Program-made: the position numbers and the translations under genes
Origin: Smithella sp. M82
GTDB taxonomy: Bacteria; Desulfobacterota; Syntrophia; Syntrophales; Smithellaceae
Assembly: GCA_001683985.1 (NCBI GenBank)
Contig: MAEO01000003.1
Span: 5,505-69,504 of the forward strand
DNA: 64,000 bases
Direction of reading: 5' to 3'
Shown: positions 54,664 through 64,000 of the stretch, in pieces
Numbering within the stretch: position 1 is the first letter of the stretch
Layout: the number at the start of each line of letters is the position of its first letter
Notes under the pieces: generated by a model
The model's database searches: none
What the model saw: only the letters and a program-made list of their open reading frames with translations
Told to the model about the DNA's origin: nothing

Positions 54664-56577
54664 ATGGATATTAAAGTTATATTTCCCGACAACAAAGAAT
54701 TTTCTTTTAAAGAAGGAGTTACAGCAGCCAATGCTCTGGAGAGCTGGAAAAAGGAGTTGTCTGCCTCTACGATAGCTGTTAAAATCAACAATATACCTGC
54801 TGATTTAAGCTCACCGTTAAGAGAAAATTCAAAAATTGATTTAATAGATATATCTTCTGATGAAGGTTTATCTATATTGCGCCATAGTATATCTCACGTA
54901 ATGGCTCAGGCAGTTCAGGAAGTTTTTCCGGGTGCTAAAGTAAGCATCGGTCCATCAATTGAAGACGGATTTTATTATGATTTTGAATACAAAGATGCTT
55001 TTACCACGGATGATTTAGTAAAAATAGAAAACCGGATGAAGAAAATTATCTCTGACAATTATCTTTTTATACGCGAAGAGCTTTCCCGTTCGGCAGCAGT
55101 AAAATTGTTTGAAGAAAGAAAAGAAAATTATAAGGTTGAATTGATTAATGATTTACCTGAAGATGTTAAGGAAGTCAGTATTTATAAACAAGGAACATAT
55201 ATTGATTTATGCCGTGGACCGCACATACCTTCAACAGGTATGATAAAAGCCTTTAAATTATTAAGTGTTGCCGGTGCATACTGGCGAGGCAATGAAAACA
55301 ACAAAATGTTACAGCGTATTTACGGCACCGGTTTTGCCAGTGAAAACGAACTGGATGATTATTTAAATCTGTTGGAAGAAGCAAAGAAGAGAGATCATCG
55401 TCGTTTAGGCAGAGAACTGGATCTTTTTCAGGTTAATGAAGAAGCAGGACCGGGTTTGGTAATTTTTCATCCTAAAGGCATGTTGTTGCGCTATATTATA
55501 GAAGATTGGGAAAAGAAAGAACATTTAAAACGCGGTTACGATATGGTTATGGGGCCTCAGATCCTAAAAGTTGATTTATGGAAAAAATCAGGTCATTTTG
55601 ATCATTATCGGGATAATATGTATTTTACAGAAGTGGATGAACAGGTATACGGCATCAAGCCGATGAACTGTCTTGCCCATATGTTAATATACAAATCGAA
55701 GATAAGAAGTTACAGAGATTTACCGCTGCGTTATTTTGAACTAGGCACTGTTCATCGTCATGAAAAAACCGGAGTTTTACATGGCCTGATGAGAGTAAGG
55801 CAATTTACTCAGGACGATGCTCATATAATTTGTACGCCGGAACAGTTAAATTCTGAAATCTGTGCAATTGCTGATTTTGTCAGTTACGCCATGGGCATCT
55901 TTGGATTTGAGTATGAAGTGGAATTAAGCACCAGGCCGGAAAAATCAATCGGTTCTGACGAAGATTGGAATCTGGCCACCACTGCTCTGGAAAATGCTCT
56001 TAAAGATAACAACATCGTTTATGAAGTAAACGAGGGTGACGGAGCTTTCTATGGACCAAAAATTGATTTTAAATTGAAAGACGCTTTAAAAAGAAAATGG
56101 CAATGCGCAACAATTCAATGCGATTTTACATTGCCGGAAAGATTTGATTTGAGTTATATCGGTGCGGACGGGGAAAAACATCGTCCGGTTATGTTGCACA
56201 GAGTTATTCTGGGAGCAATTGAACGCTTCATGGGAGTGCTGATTGAACATTACGCCGGCGCTTTTCCGGTCTGGCTATCTCCCACTCAGTGTATCTTATT
56301 GACAGTAACAGATAAACATATACCTTATGCCGAAACAGTTTATGAAAAAATGATTCAGGCTGATATCCGTTGCGAAAAGTATTTTGATAATGAAAAATTA
56401 GGTTATAAAATTCGTCAGGCGCAGATGCAAAAAATACCATATATGCTTGTAATCGGGGACAAAGAGGTAGACGCAAGGTCGGTAGCTCCACGAACACGTG
56501 ACGGTAAAAATCTTGGTACATTGCCTGTTGATGAATTTATTGCTTTATTGCATGAAATATGTGAAAAAAAACAATAG
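54664..56577 (+). CDS. thrS: Threonine--tRNA ligase
   Basis: 637-aa ORF with an N-terminal TGS domain, the editing-domain motif HSISHVMA, class II motifs (FRHE-like [16 protein letters not shown]) and a C-terminal anticodon-binding domain. Confidence 0.97.
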   Translation: MDIKVIFPDNKEFSFKEGVTAANALESWKKELSASTIAVKINNIPADLSSPLRENSKIDLIDISSDEGLSILRHSISHVMAQAVQEVFPGAKVSIGPSIEDGFYYDFEYKDAFTTDDLVKIENRMKKIISDNYLFIREELSRSAAVKLFEERKENYKVELINDLPEDVKEVSIYKQGTYIDLCRGPHIPSTGMIKAFKLLSVAGAYWRGNENNKMLQRIYGTGFASENELDDYLNLLEEAKKRDHRRLGRELDLFQVNEEAGPGLVIFHPKGMLLRYIIEDWEKKEHLKRGYDMVMGPQILKVDLWKKSGHFDHYRDNMYFTEVDEQVYGIKPMNCLAHMLIYKSKIRSYRDLPLRYFELGTVHRHEKTGVLHGLMRVRQFTQDDAHIICTPEQLNSEICAIADFVSYAMGIFGFEYEVELSTRPEKSIGSDEDWNLATTALENALKDNNIVYEVNEGDGAFYGPKIDFKLKDALKRKWQCATIQCDFTLPERFDLSYIGADGEKHRPVMLHRVILGAIERFMGVLIEHYAGAFPVWLSPTQCILLTVTDKHIPYAETVYEKMIQADIRCEKYFDNEKLGYKIRQAQMQKIPYMLVIGDKEVDARSVAPRTRDGKNLGTLPVDEFIALLHEICEKKQ

Positions 56578-56611
56578 ATTTATTTTAGGTTATATTTTCA
56601 GGAGGTGACAT

Positions 56612-57121
56612 ATAGTTAAGGATTTAAGAGTTAATAGAGAAATAAAGTCGGTCACAGTTCGGGTTATCAGCGAGGAAGGAAAGCAACTGGGTGTGGTTTC
56701 GTTGGAAGAAGCCCTTGCCAGTGCAGAAAGTGTCGGGCTGGATTTAGTAGAAGTATCAACTACAGACCCTCCGGTCTGTAAAATAATGGATTATGGCAAA
56801 TATCGTTACAAACAAAGTAAAAAACTCCACGATGCCAAAAAGAGCCAGACAATAATTCAAATTAAGGAGATTAAATTAAAACCTAAAACGGAAGAACATG
56901 ATATACAGGTTAAGCTTAAACATATTAAAAAGTTTTTGAAAAATCATGACAAAGTTAAAATTTCCATGATGTTCAGAGGACGGGAAATCGCTTTTACCGA
57001 TATTGGCAGGAATCTGATGGAAAGAATAAAGTTTGAATTGATAAATGAAGGTATTATAGATCAAGAACCAAGGCTGGAAGGACGCAATATGGTGATGATA
57101 GTTTCACCAAAAAAACAATAA
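56612..57121 (+). CDS. infC: Translation initiation factor IF-3, with a non-canonical ATA start
   Basis: The conserved IF-3 N-terminus ([29 protein letters not shown]) extends upstream of the first ATG/GTG/TTG in frame. An in-frame TGA lies two codons upstream of the ATA at 56612, and GGAGG lies 6 nt upstream of that ATA. Confidence 0.88.
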   Translation: MVKDLRVNREIKSVTVRVISEEGKQLGVVSLEEALASAESVGLDLVEVSTTDPPVCKIMDYGKYRYKQSKKLHDAKKSQTIIQIKEIKLKPKTEEHDIQVKLKHIKKFLKNHDKVKISMMFRGREIAFTDIGRNLMERIKFELINEGIIDQEPRLEGRNMVMIVSPKKQ

Positions 57122-57140
57122 GGACAACAGAGGTGATTGC

Positions 57141-57338
57141 ATGCCAAAATTAAAAACGCACAGAGGAGCGGCTAAACGTTTTTCTCTTACCGCCAAAGGT
57201 AAAGTTAAGCGCAGTAAGGCTTTTGCCAGCCACATTCTCACAAAAAAAACTACGAAAAGAAAAAGAACTTTAAGGAAATCAACATTAGTTGATCATGCTA
57301 ATGAAAAAGCTATCAAGAGGCTTATTCCTTATCTATAG
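57141..57338 (+). CDS. rpmI: 50S ribosomal protein L35
   Basis: The product begins [14 protein letters not shown], typical of L35. Confidence 0.95.
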   Translation: MPKLKTHRGAAKRFSLTAKGKVKRSKAFASHILTKKTTKRKRTLRKSTLVDHANEKAIKRLIPYL

Positions 57339-57381
57339 ATCAGGGAATTTACATTTGTTATCAGAGTTAGGAGAAACCTAT

Positions 57382-57540
57382 ATGACGGTATCCGTCACAA
57401 AGGAGCATGAAAATCTCTCCTAACCCCTCTTTGCCCAAGAGGGGAACTTCCCCCTTTAGAAAAGGGGGATGGAGGGGGATTTGATGAGGATAGTTTTTAA
57501 ATAACAATATAAACAATGACTTAGATGTGTATTTTCAGAG
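57382..57540 (+). repeat. Dispersed ~155-nt structured repeat, copy B
   Basis: Near-identical to 4010-4164 in the same orientation. It occupies most of the rpmI-rplT spacer and ends about 10 nt before the rplT ATG. Confidence 0.85.
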
Positions 57541-57550
57541 GAAAAGAAAA

Positions 57551-57901
57551 ATGTCTAGAGTAAAGAGGAGCGTTAATGCTCGCAAGAAAAGAAGAAAGGT
57601 GTTAAAGCTGGCCAAAGGTTTTTTCGGCGCTCGCAGCCGTCTGCTGAGAACAGCGACTGAAGCCGTGGACAAGGCAATGAAATACGCAACTCGTGATCGT
57701 CGGGCGAGAAAAAGAGAATTTCGCCAATTATGGATTGCACGTATAAATGCGGCTGCCGGTGAACACAATATATCCTATAGCCGGTTGATTGACGGCATGA
57801 AGAAAGCCGGTATGGGTTTGGACCGCAAAATACTGGCAGAACTTGCTGTAAATGATCCGAAGGGTTTTGCCCAGGTTGTGACAATGGCTAAAGGCAATTA
57901 A
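57551..57901 (+). CDS. rplT: 50S ribosomal protein L20
   Basis: The start is set to the ATG at 57551 ([24 protein letters not shown]), typical of L20. The tracked start at 57527 lies inside the repeat. Confidence 0.95.
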   Translation: MSRVKRSVNARKKRRKVLKLAKGFFGARSRLLRTATEAVDKAMKYATRDRRARKREFRQLWIARINAAAGEHNISYSRLIDGMKKAGMGLDRKILAELAVNDPKGFAQVVTMAKGN

Positions 57902-57906
57902 GCGGC

Positions 57907-58923
57907 ATGATTAATGAGCTTAAACAGCTGGAGATAAATGCCCTTGCCGAATTACAAACGGCTGAAACCGAAGAGCATTTTTCCAATATCAGAACAAAAT
58001 ATCTTGGTCGTAAAGGACTTTTAACCGGTCTCTTGAGAAATATTTCTCAAGTTCCCGATGTGGAAAAACCTTTATTGGGAAAACTCAGCAATGAGTTAAA
58101 AAACCTGCTCAATGCCAAGATTGAAGAGGCGCTTCAACAACAGGCAATCCGGAACAAAGAAGATGTCCTGCTAAAGGAAAAGATAGATGTTACTTTGCCG
58201 GGTAACGCAATAAAATGTGGCCGTATTCATCCGGTAATTCAAATAAGAAGAGAGATTTGTTCTATCTTTGTATCCTTCGGTTTTTCAGTGGTTGAGGGTC
58301 CTGAAATTGAACTTGATTATTACAATTTTGAAGCCTTAAACATTCCCCATGATCATCCCGCTCGTGACATGCAGGATACTTTTTACATTTCGGATAATGT
58401 TGTCTTGCGCACACATACTTCGCCGGTCCAGATCAGGATAATGGAAAAAGTAAGACCGCCTTTGCGAATTTTGTCGCCTGGAAAAGTTTACCGGCGCGAT
58501 TCCGATGTGTCACATACGCCGATGTTTCATCAAATAGAAGGTTTGCTGGTAGATAAGGGGATCAGTTTCGGAGACCTTAAAGGAATTTTAACAGCTTTTC
58601 TTAGAAAAATTTTTGGAGAAACAACCACTTTACGTTTTCGTCCCAGCTTTTTCCCTTTTACGGAACCATCGGCTGAAGTGGATATTCGATGTGTAATGTG
58701 TGGTGGAAAAGGTTGCCGTGTCTGTAAACAAAGCGGTTGGTTGGAAATATTGGGCTCCGGTATGGTTGATCCAGCCGTTTTCCAGAATGTCAACTACGAC
58801 TCTGAAGAGTATACCGGTTTCGCCTTCGGTCTGGGGCTGGAACGCATCGCCATGTTAAAATACGGCATTTCCGATATCAGACTATTTTTCGAAAACGACA
58901 TCCGATTCCTCAAACAATTTTAG
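57907..58923 (+). CDS. pheS: Phenylalanine--tRNA ligase alpha subunit
   Basis: 338-aa ORF with [23 protein letters not shown] and [13 protein letters not shown] (class II motifs). Confidence 0.96.
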   Translation: MINELKQLEINALAELQTAETEEHFSNIRTKYLGRKGLLTGLLRNISQVPDVEKPLLGKLSNELKNLLNAKIEEALQQQAIRNKEDVLLKEKIDVTLPGNAIKCGRIHPVIQIRREICSIFVSFGFSVVEGPEIELDYYNFEALNIPHDHPARDMQDTFYISDNVVLRTHTSPVQIRIMEKVRPPLRILSPGKVYRRDSDVSHTPMFHQIEGLLVDKGISFGDLKGILTAFLRKIFGETTTLRFRPSFFPFTEPSAEVDIRCVMCGGKGCRVCKQSGWLEILGSGMVDPAVFQNVNYDSEEYTGFAFGLGLERIAMLKYGISDIRLFFENDIRFLKQF

Positions 58924-58938
58924 GAGATAATTTTCTTT

Positions 58939-61347
58939 ATGCTGGTCAGTCTCAAATGGCTTAAAGATTATGTTGATATAGAATTAACACCGGAAGAACT
59001 TGCTCACCGGTTGACAATGTCCGGTCTGGAAGTGGAAGATATAAAAACTATCCGTCCGCAATTCAGCGGCGTTGTTGTTGCAAAAATCTTATCCGTAAAA
59101 CCGCATCCTTCCGCAGATCGCCTCTCTCTGTGTGTTGTCAGTGATGGCAATCAAAGCTATCCGGTAGTTTGCGGAGCAAAAAATATCTCAATGGGTGATA
59201 TCGTTCCTCTGGCCAAAGTTGGTGCTGTAATTCCCGGAGGATATACCATCAAGTCGTCTCTTTTACGCGGAGAGAAATCTGATGGCATGTTATGTTCCGA
59301 AGCGGAACTGGAAATAGGTGATGATGAATCGGGAATTATGCATCTGCCCGCCGATTTGCCGCTTGGTTTGCCGCTGGAAAAAGCTTTAAACATTGAAGAT
59401 ACTGTCTTGGATATAAATATAACTCCCAACCGCTCTGATTGTTTGAGCATAATCGGCATAGCCAGAGAAGTAGCCGCCATTACCGGTAAAAAAATAAAAT
59501 TTCCAACCGTTAAAATTAAAGAATCGAATGAAGACATCAACTCTCTGGCTTCGGTAAAAATAATTGATTCAGATTTTTGTCCGCGTTACACTGCCAGAAT
59601 GGTCAAAAGCATTAAAGTAGGTTCTTCGCCGGTCTGGATGAAGACCAGGTTGGAAGCAGTGGGAATGCGCGCCATAAACAATATTGTTGATGTAACTAAT
59701 TTCGTCATGCTGGAGATGGGGCAGCCCTTGCATGCGTTCGATTTTCGTTTCCTGGAGGAAGAAAAAATCATAGTCCGTAAGTCAAGAGAAAACGAAGAAT
59801 TCATTTCTCTTGACGGAAAGAGCCGTATACTTCCCGCGGATACTTTACTGATTTGTGATGGCGTAAAGCCGGTGGCCATAGGTGGAATTATGGGTGGCCT
59901 GAATTCCGAAGTTAAGGAAGATACGCAAGTCGTGCTTTTGGAAAGTGCTTATTTTAACCCTTCGTCTATACGCCGATCGGCAAGAAAGCTGGCTATGCCG
60001 ACGGATGCCGCGTTTCGCTTTGAAAGGGGCATCGATCCGGAAGGAGTTGTCAGGGCTCTAAATCGCGCTGCTCAGTTAATTTCCGAAATTTCAGGTGGTA
60101 CGATTTGTAAAAATTATATTGATGAATACCCAAAAAAAATTCCGCTAACTAAAGATATTCCGCTGCGATTAGACAGAATTCGTCAAATCATCGGAACTCA
60201 AATAAAAGCAAAAGATGTAACAGGAATACTGCGCAGTATAGGCATGGTTTTGAAGCAGAAAGGGAAGGGTACATATCTCGTTACACCGCCTTCGTGCAGG
60301 GTTGATATATCTCGTGAAATAGATTTAATTGAAGAAGTGATCAGGCTTTATGGTTATGATCATGTCCCTGTAACACTTCCAGTCGTTGATGTGAAGGAAA
60401 TGGAACTTACTCCCCGTTTAGATATGGAAGAAAGAATACGACAACTGCTGACTGGTAGTGGATATACTGAAATCGTCAATTACAGCTTCGGAACTCCACA
60501 AGCCGCTGATATATTGTCTTTGCCGGAAAATGACGAAAGACGCAAAACGGTAATGATAAAAAATCCCCTGGGCGAGGATCTTTCTGCCATGCGAACAACA
60601 ATGATTTGCGGATTGTTGGAAACAGCAAAAAAGAATGCTGATAACGGCTCTTTTAATTTAAAGTTGTTTGAGATAGGGCGTGTTTTTATAAATTCATCAA
60701 AGGATGAATTGCCTGAAGAAAAAAATATGGTTGCAGGGCTTTTAACCGGGGAAATTACCGATGAATTCTGGTGTTCCGGAAAGACTGTTGATTTTTACCT
60801 TTTGAAAGGTTCTCTGGAAAACATCTTATTTGATTTAAAAATAAATAATTGCCGTTATATTTCTTCGTCAATTGAACCGTTCTTGCACCCCGGAAAATCC
60901 TGCGGAATCTATTTGAATGACAAAAAAATAGGTTTCTTAGGCGAAGTACATCCTGATGTTTTGGAAAAGATTGATTTTAAGAATAATCTCTATATATTTG
61001 AAATTAATTTGGATATACTGGAAAGAGTTTATCAGAAGAAAAAAATATCTTACAGGGAAATATCAAAATTTCCTGCTGTAACGCGTGATGTCGCGTTTGT
61101 TATTCCCGACGCAATGGAAGCAGATCAAATGATCAATATTGTTTTGGATCAAAAAGAAGATTTACTTGAAAAAGTTATCATATTTGATGTATACAAGGGC
61201 AAAGGAATTGCAGAGGGGAAAAGTCTGGGCTTGCGTTTTTTCTATCGCGCTCCGGATAGAACGCTAACTGATCTAGAAACAAATGCCGTCCACGATAGAA
61301 TTGTGCGGAATACCGTTAATTTGACGGGTGCAAAAATAAGAACGTAA
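58939..61347 (+). CDS. pheT: Phenylalanine--tRNA ligase beta subunit
   Basis: 802-aa ORF with the N-terminus MLVSLKWLKDYV, a tRNA-binding OB fold, and B3/4, B5 and FDX-ACB domains. Confidence 0.96.
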   Translation: MLVSLKWLKDYVDIELTPEELAHRLTMSGLEVEDIKTIRPQFSGVVVAKILSVKPHPSADRLSLCVVSDGNQSYPVVCGAKNISMGDIVPLAKVGAVIPGGYTIKSSLLRGEKSDGMLCSEAELEIGDDESGIMHLPADLPLGLPLEKALNIEDTVLDINITPNRSDCLSIIGIAREVAAITGKKIKFPTVKIKESNEDINSLASVKIIDSDFCPRYTARMVKSIKVGSSPVWMKTRLEAVGMRAINNIVDVTNFVMLEMGQPLHAFDFRFLEEEKIIVRKSRENEEFISLDGKSRILPADTLLICDGVKPVAIGGIMGGLNSEVKEDTQVVLLESAYFNPSSIRRSARKLAMPTDAAFRFERGIDPEGVVRALNRAAQLISEISGGTICKNYIDEYPKKIPLTKDIPLRLDRIRQIIGTQIKAKDVTGILRSIGMVLKQKGKGTYLVTPPSCRVDISREIDLIEEVIRLYGYDHVPVTLPVVDVKEMELTPRLDMEERIRQLLTGSGYTEIVNYSFGTPQAADILSLPENDERRKTVMIKNPLGEDLSAMRTTMICGLLETAKKNADNGSFNLKLFEIGRVFINSSKDELPEEKNMVAGLLTGEITDEFWCSGKTVDFYLLKGSLENILFDLKINNCRYISSSIEPFLHPGKSCGIYLNDKKIGFLGEVHPDVLEKIDFKNNLYIFEINLDILERVYQKKKISYREISKFPAVTRDVAFVIPDAMEADQMINIVLDQKEDLLEKVIIFDVYKGKGIAEGKSLGLRFFYRAPDRTLTDLETNAVHDRIVRNTVNLTGAKIRT

Positions 61348-61380
61348 CACAATTGATAACGTTAAAATGGAGGTAAAGAT

Positions 61381-61653
61381 ATGACGAAGATAGATATTAT
61401 TCAAAATGTTTATGAGAAACTCGGTTTTCCCAAGAAGGATTCGGCAGATATCGTTGAAGCTGTTTTTGACATTATTAAAGACTCTCTTTCGCAAGGCGAA
61501 ATGGTAAAAATTTCCGGATTCGGTAACTTTGTAGTCAAGGAAAAAAGAGCACGACGTGGCCGTAATCCGCAGACCGGCCAGGAAATATCTATCACTGCAA
61601 GGAGAGTGTTGACTTTTAAATCATCGCAGGTATTACGCAAGGCTCTTAACTGA
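61381..61653 (+). CDS. ihfA: Integration host factor alpha subunit (HU/IHF family)
   Basis: 90-aa ORF with GFGNFVVKEKRARRGRNPQTGQEISITARRVLTFKSS, in the conserved position after pheT. Confidence 0.88.
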   Translation: MTKIDIIQNVYEKLGFPKKDSADIVEAVFDIIKDSLSQGEMVKISGFGNFVVKEKRARRGRNPQTGQEISITARRVLTFKSSQVLRKALN

Positions 61654-61713
61654 CAATTTCAATAATAATTATTAAGTGTCCGGTGAATTAGCCGTAAGGG
61701 TATAAGGAACTTT

Positions 61714-62052
61714 ATGGAAACAATAATTCCCGAAAAGGCATATTTCCGCATAGGAGAAGTAAGCAAAATTCTCAATGTCGAAACATACGTTATCAGATAT
61801 TGGGAAACGGAATTCAAAACGATTAGTCCTGTGCGGACAAAAACTGCTCAACGTTTATACAGAAAAAAGGATGTACAGGAATTACTGACAATCAAAGATC
61901 TTCTGTACACGCAGCGATTTACCATTGATGGCGCTAAAAAGCAGCTCCATAAAATGCGTGGGATTACGGAAACGAAACCCAAATTTTCCGAGAAACAGAA
62001 GCTAGACCAGATTAAAAAAGAATTACAGAAGATAAAAGCTATAATCAGCTAA
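61714..62052 (+). CDS. MerR-family transcriptional regulator
   Basis: 112-aa ORF with the MerR HTH FRIGEVSKILNVETYVIRYWE...RTKTAQRLYRKKDV. Confidence 0.85.
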   Translation: METIIPEKAYFRIGEVSKILNVETYVIRYWETEFKTISPVRTKTAQRLYRKKDVQELLTIKDLLYTQRFTIDGAKKQLHKMRGITETKPKFSEKQKLDQIKKELQKIKAIIS

Positions 62053-62086
62053 AAAAAACCGGCAATATAAATTGCCGGTTTTTTTC
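62051..62086. terminator. Bidirectional Rho-independent terminator
   Basis: AACCGGCAAT (62057-62066) pairs perfectly with ATTGCCGGTT (62071-62080) over 10 bp. An A-run lies upstream and a T-run downstream, between convergent genes. Confidence 0.75.
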
Positions 62087-62105
62087 TTATAGAAAATCAA
62101 AGTTT

Positions 62106-62387
62106 CTAAGCTTTTTTACTTGATCTCTTCGAAGCTTTGAGTGGATTTATTTTTTGCGTTTCCTGAATTTCCAGTTTAATATGCGTTGCAGTCGGACATC
62201 TGCCGTTTTGCCATTTGCTGGATGGATCAGGATAGACTTTGCAGTATTTTCCTGATTCATATTCCATAATTTTTCCGCAGCCTTCGCATTTGTCGATTAT
62301 TTTCTGGCAACTACCGTTAAAGAAACTGCATCCTTTCTTGCTCATAAAAGCGCACTCGAATCCCGCCTTAACAGTTTGACAAAGCAT
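62106..62387 (-). CDS. Small eight-Cys protein (resembles the PxxKW cysteine-rich family)
   Basis: 93-aa ORF with eight Cys (C3, C12, C20, C27, C34, C37, C49, C64), including CEGCG and YPDPSSKWQNGRCP, and a basic C-terminal tail. The family name is from memory and unverified. Confidence 0.7.
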   Translation of the reverse strand: MLCQTVKAGFECAFMSKKGCSFFNGSCQKIIDKCEGCGKIMEYESGKYCKVYPDPSSKWQNGRCPTATHIKLEIQETQKINPLKASKRSSKKA

Positions 62388-62593
62388 CTGAATTACCTCC
62401 TTTTATATAATTAACTTATGATTTTTTAGACGTTGCCGGAAAAAAGAAAAGAAAAAGAAATTTCCACAAGCGCCATTGACCAAAAACCGGCGTGTCATAA
62501 CAGCAAAAACAGCAGCTGTCAAGAAAAATAGAAATGACTTGAACCTGAATCAATTTATTGCTAAATATATTCAAATTTTTAATGGATTTTTTA

Positions 62594-63043
62594 ATGCGCG
62601 CAGTTATCCAGAGAGTTGACCATGCCGGCGTCAGAATCAATCATCAAGAATTTTCTTCGATAAATCAAGGAATTCTTGTTTTTTTGGGGGTTGAAGTAGG
62701 AGATTCGGAAAAAGATGCCGATTATGTTCTGGAAAAGTCAATAAATCTACGTATATTCGAAGATGAACACGACAAAATGAATCTGTCTCTCCTGGATGTC
62801 AATGGTTCCATGATGGTTGTATCGCAATTTACTTTACTGGGTAATTGCACAAAAGGAAGGAGGCCTTCTTTTACCGCAGCGGAAGAACCAAAAATTGCGA
62901 ACAAACTTTACGAATATTTTGTCGATAAGGCAAAAGAAAAAATAAATCATGTATCAACAGGAAAATTCCAGGAAATGATGAAAATTGAACTCATCAACAA
63001 CGGTCCTGTAACCATATTACTTGACAGTAGGAAAAATTTTTAA
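62594..63043 (+). CDS. dtd: D-aminoacyl-tRNA deacylase
   Basis: The start is set to the ATG at 62594 (MRAVIQRV...). The motifs SQFTLLGNCTKGRRPSF and NNGPVTILLDS are typical of Dtd. Confidence 0.93.
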   Translation: MRAVIQRVDHAGVRINHQEFSSINQGILVFLGVEVGDSEKDADYVLEKSINLRIFEDEHDKMNLSLLDVNGSMMVVSQFTLLGNCTKGRRPSFTAAEEPKIANKLYEYFVDKAKEKINHVSTGKFQEMMKIELINNGPVTILLDSRKNF

Positions 63044-63046
63044 AAA

Positions 63047-63511
63047 ATGGAAAATTATGAAATAAAAATAGACAAAAATGGATTCTGGTATTATAAAGGT
63101 GCTCACATGTTTCGCAAAGAGATATTGAGCATTTTTTTTCAACATCTCAAAATTGACGATTGCGGCAACTATTTAATAGAATTGGGAAATGAGCGATGTT
63201 ATCTTGATGTTGAAGATACCGTCTTTGTTGTTGAAGCCGTTTATAAAACGAAAAATCCCTACGACTGCCAAGAACAGATTGAAATTTTGTTAAACGATGG
63301 GCGCTGCGAAAAACTGGAAATGAATTCTTTGTATATTGGCAGGGAAAACGTTCTTTACTGCCAGGTCAAAGAAGGAAAATTCACTGCCCGGTTTTCGCGC
63401 AAGAGTTATTATCAGCTTGCTGAATTTATCGAACAATCTGAAAATGATGCCGAGTTTTTTATTAAAATAAATGGTGAAAAATATTTTATACGCAATAATC
63501 AAGCTTCTTAA
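63047..63511 (+). CDS. DUF1285-like protein
   Basis: 154-aa ORF. The pattern [55 protein letters not shown] resembles my memory of DUF1285. Confidence 0.65.
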   Translation: MENYEIKIDKNGFWYYKGAHMFRKEILSIFFQHLKIDDCGNYLIELGNERCYLDVEDTVFVVEAVYKTKNPYDCQEQIEILLNDGRCEKLEMNSLYIGRENVLYCQVKEGKFTARFSRKSYYQLAEFIEQSENDAEFFIKINGEKYFIRNNQAS

Positions 63512-63528
63512 ATATAATGGAGAGGAAA

Positions 63529-64000
63529 ATGCTTGATGACACAGTAAAAGAATCTTTAACTTTTGATGATCTTCTGCTTGTTCCGGCAGCTTCTAATGTA
63601 TTACCACGGGATGTAAATACATCTACGTTATTAACGAAAAATATTTCTTTAAATATTCCCATCATTTCCGCAGCAATGGACACGGTAACAGAGTCGCGCA
63701 CGGCAATATGTATGGCTCAGGAGGGCGGCATCGGCATAATTCATCGCAACATGAGCATAGAGCAACAGGCAATTGAAGTAGACAAGGTAAAAAAATCGGA
63801 AAGTGGTATGATTGTCGACCCCATCACTATCGAACCGGAGCGTAAAGTCAGCGATGCTTTGAAACTTATGAATCATTACTCCATTTCCGGCGTGCCTGTT
63901 GTCAAAAATGGCAAACTTGTTGGAATCCTTACCAATAGGGATTTACGGTTTGAAGAAAATCTGGAGCAGCCTGTAGAAAATGTAATGACCAAAAAAAATC
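63529..64000 (+). CDS. guaB: IMP dehydrogenase, N-terminal fragment (runs off the window end)
   Basis: My own translation from the ATG at 63529 is [80 protein letters not shown]..., followed by the start of the CBS pair. AGAGGA lies upstream. Confidence 0.93.
   Translation, partial: MLDDTVKESLTFDDLLLVPAASNVLPRDVNTSTLLTKNISLNIPIISAAMDTVTESRTAICMAQEGGIGIIHRNMSIEQQAIEVDKVKKSESGMIVDPITIEPERKVSDALKLMNHYSISGVPVVKNGKLVGILTNRDLRFEENLEQPVENVMTKKN

Noticed and set aside
1-64000. CRISPR arrays, transposases/IS elements, integrases, prophage genes, toxin-antitoxin pairs and known defence-system genes
   Set aside because: None were seen while reading the six-frame track and the intergenic DNA. The only repeated DNA found is the two-copy ~155-nt element plus short local palindromes and direct repeats.

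Overview
This 64-kb window is a chromosomal segment from a low-G+C diderm bacterium, probably anaerobic. Gene content and synteny look most like a Desulfobacterota (deltaproteobacterial-type) lineage. The clues are an AhbA/B-type siroheme decarboxylase coupled to hemL, a four-subunit 2-oxoacid:ferredoxin oxidoreductase, the thrS-infC-rpmI-rplT-pheST-ihfA-merR block and a GEMM-I-like RNA. This taxonomic call is inference from the sequence, not a database result. I call about 70 protein genes and one tRNA-Val(GAC). Most genes are core housekeeping: translation (valS, argS, thrS, pheST, infC, rpmI, rplT, rpsP, rplS, rimM, trmD, ffh, dtd, miaA, truA), cofactor synthesis (nadC, birA, coaX, coaE, ribD, hemL, mobA) and repair (mutL, rnhB). 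Also present are nucleotide-sugar genes (rmlD; rmlA/rmlC-like; gmd-fcl; ugd-uxs; a TviB/WbpO-like dehydrogenase), a TetR-regulated RND efflux operon, korDABG, and a split set of F-ATPase membrane genes (atpZ-atpI-atpB on one strand, atpE alone on the other). I saw no rRNA, CRISPR array, transposase, integrase, phage gene or recognisable defence system. The main non-routine signals are these. (1) A well-supported c-di-GMP-I (GEMM-I) riboswitch candidate heads an operon of prepilin peptidase plus four minor pilins, with no major pilin or motor genes. (2) A ~155-nt structured repeat occurs twice in the same orientation: in the 5' leader of a TPR/SLH lipoprotein gene and in the rpmI-rplT spacer. 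Differences between the copies fall in loops or keep base pairing. (3) A 1421-aa protein fuses two activase-type ATPase domains to a dehydratase-like region; its function is unknown. (4) A 57-aa four-Cys ORF, absent from the ORF track, has its own promoter-like sequence and a strong terminator only about 20 nt before the argS start. (5) A specialised NusG paralog sits at the head of the kor block. Several smaller oddities are listed under findings. I cannot point to a convincing multi-gene novel system; the repeat RNA and the riboswitch-pilin module are the best candidates for new biology.
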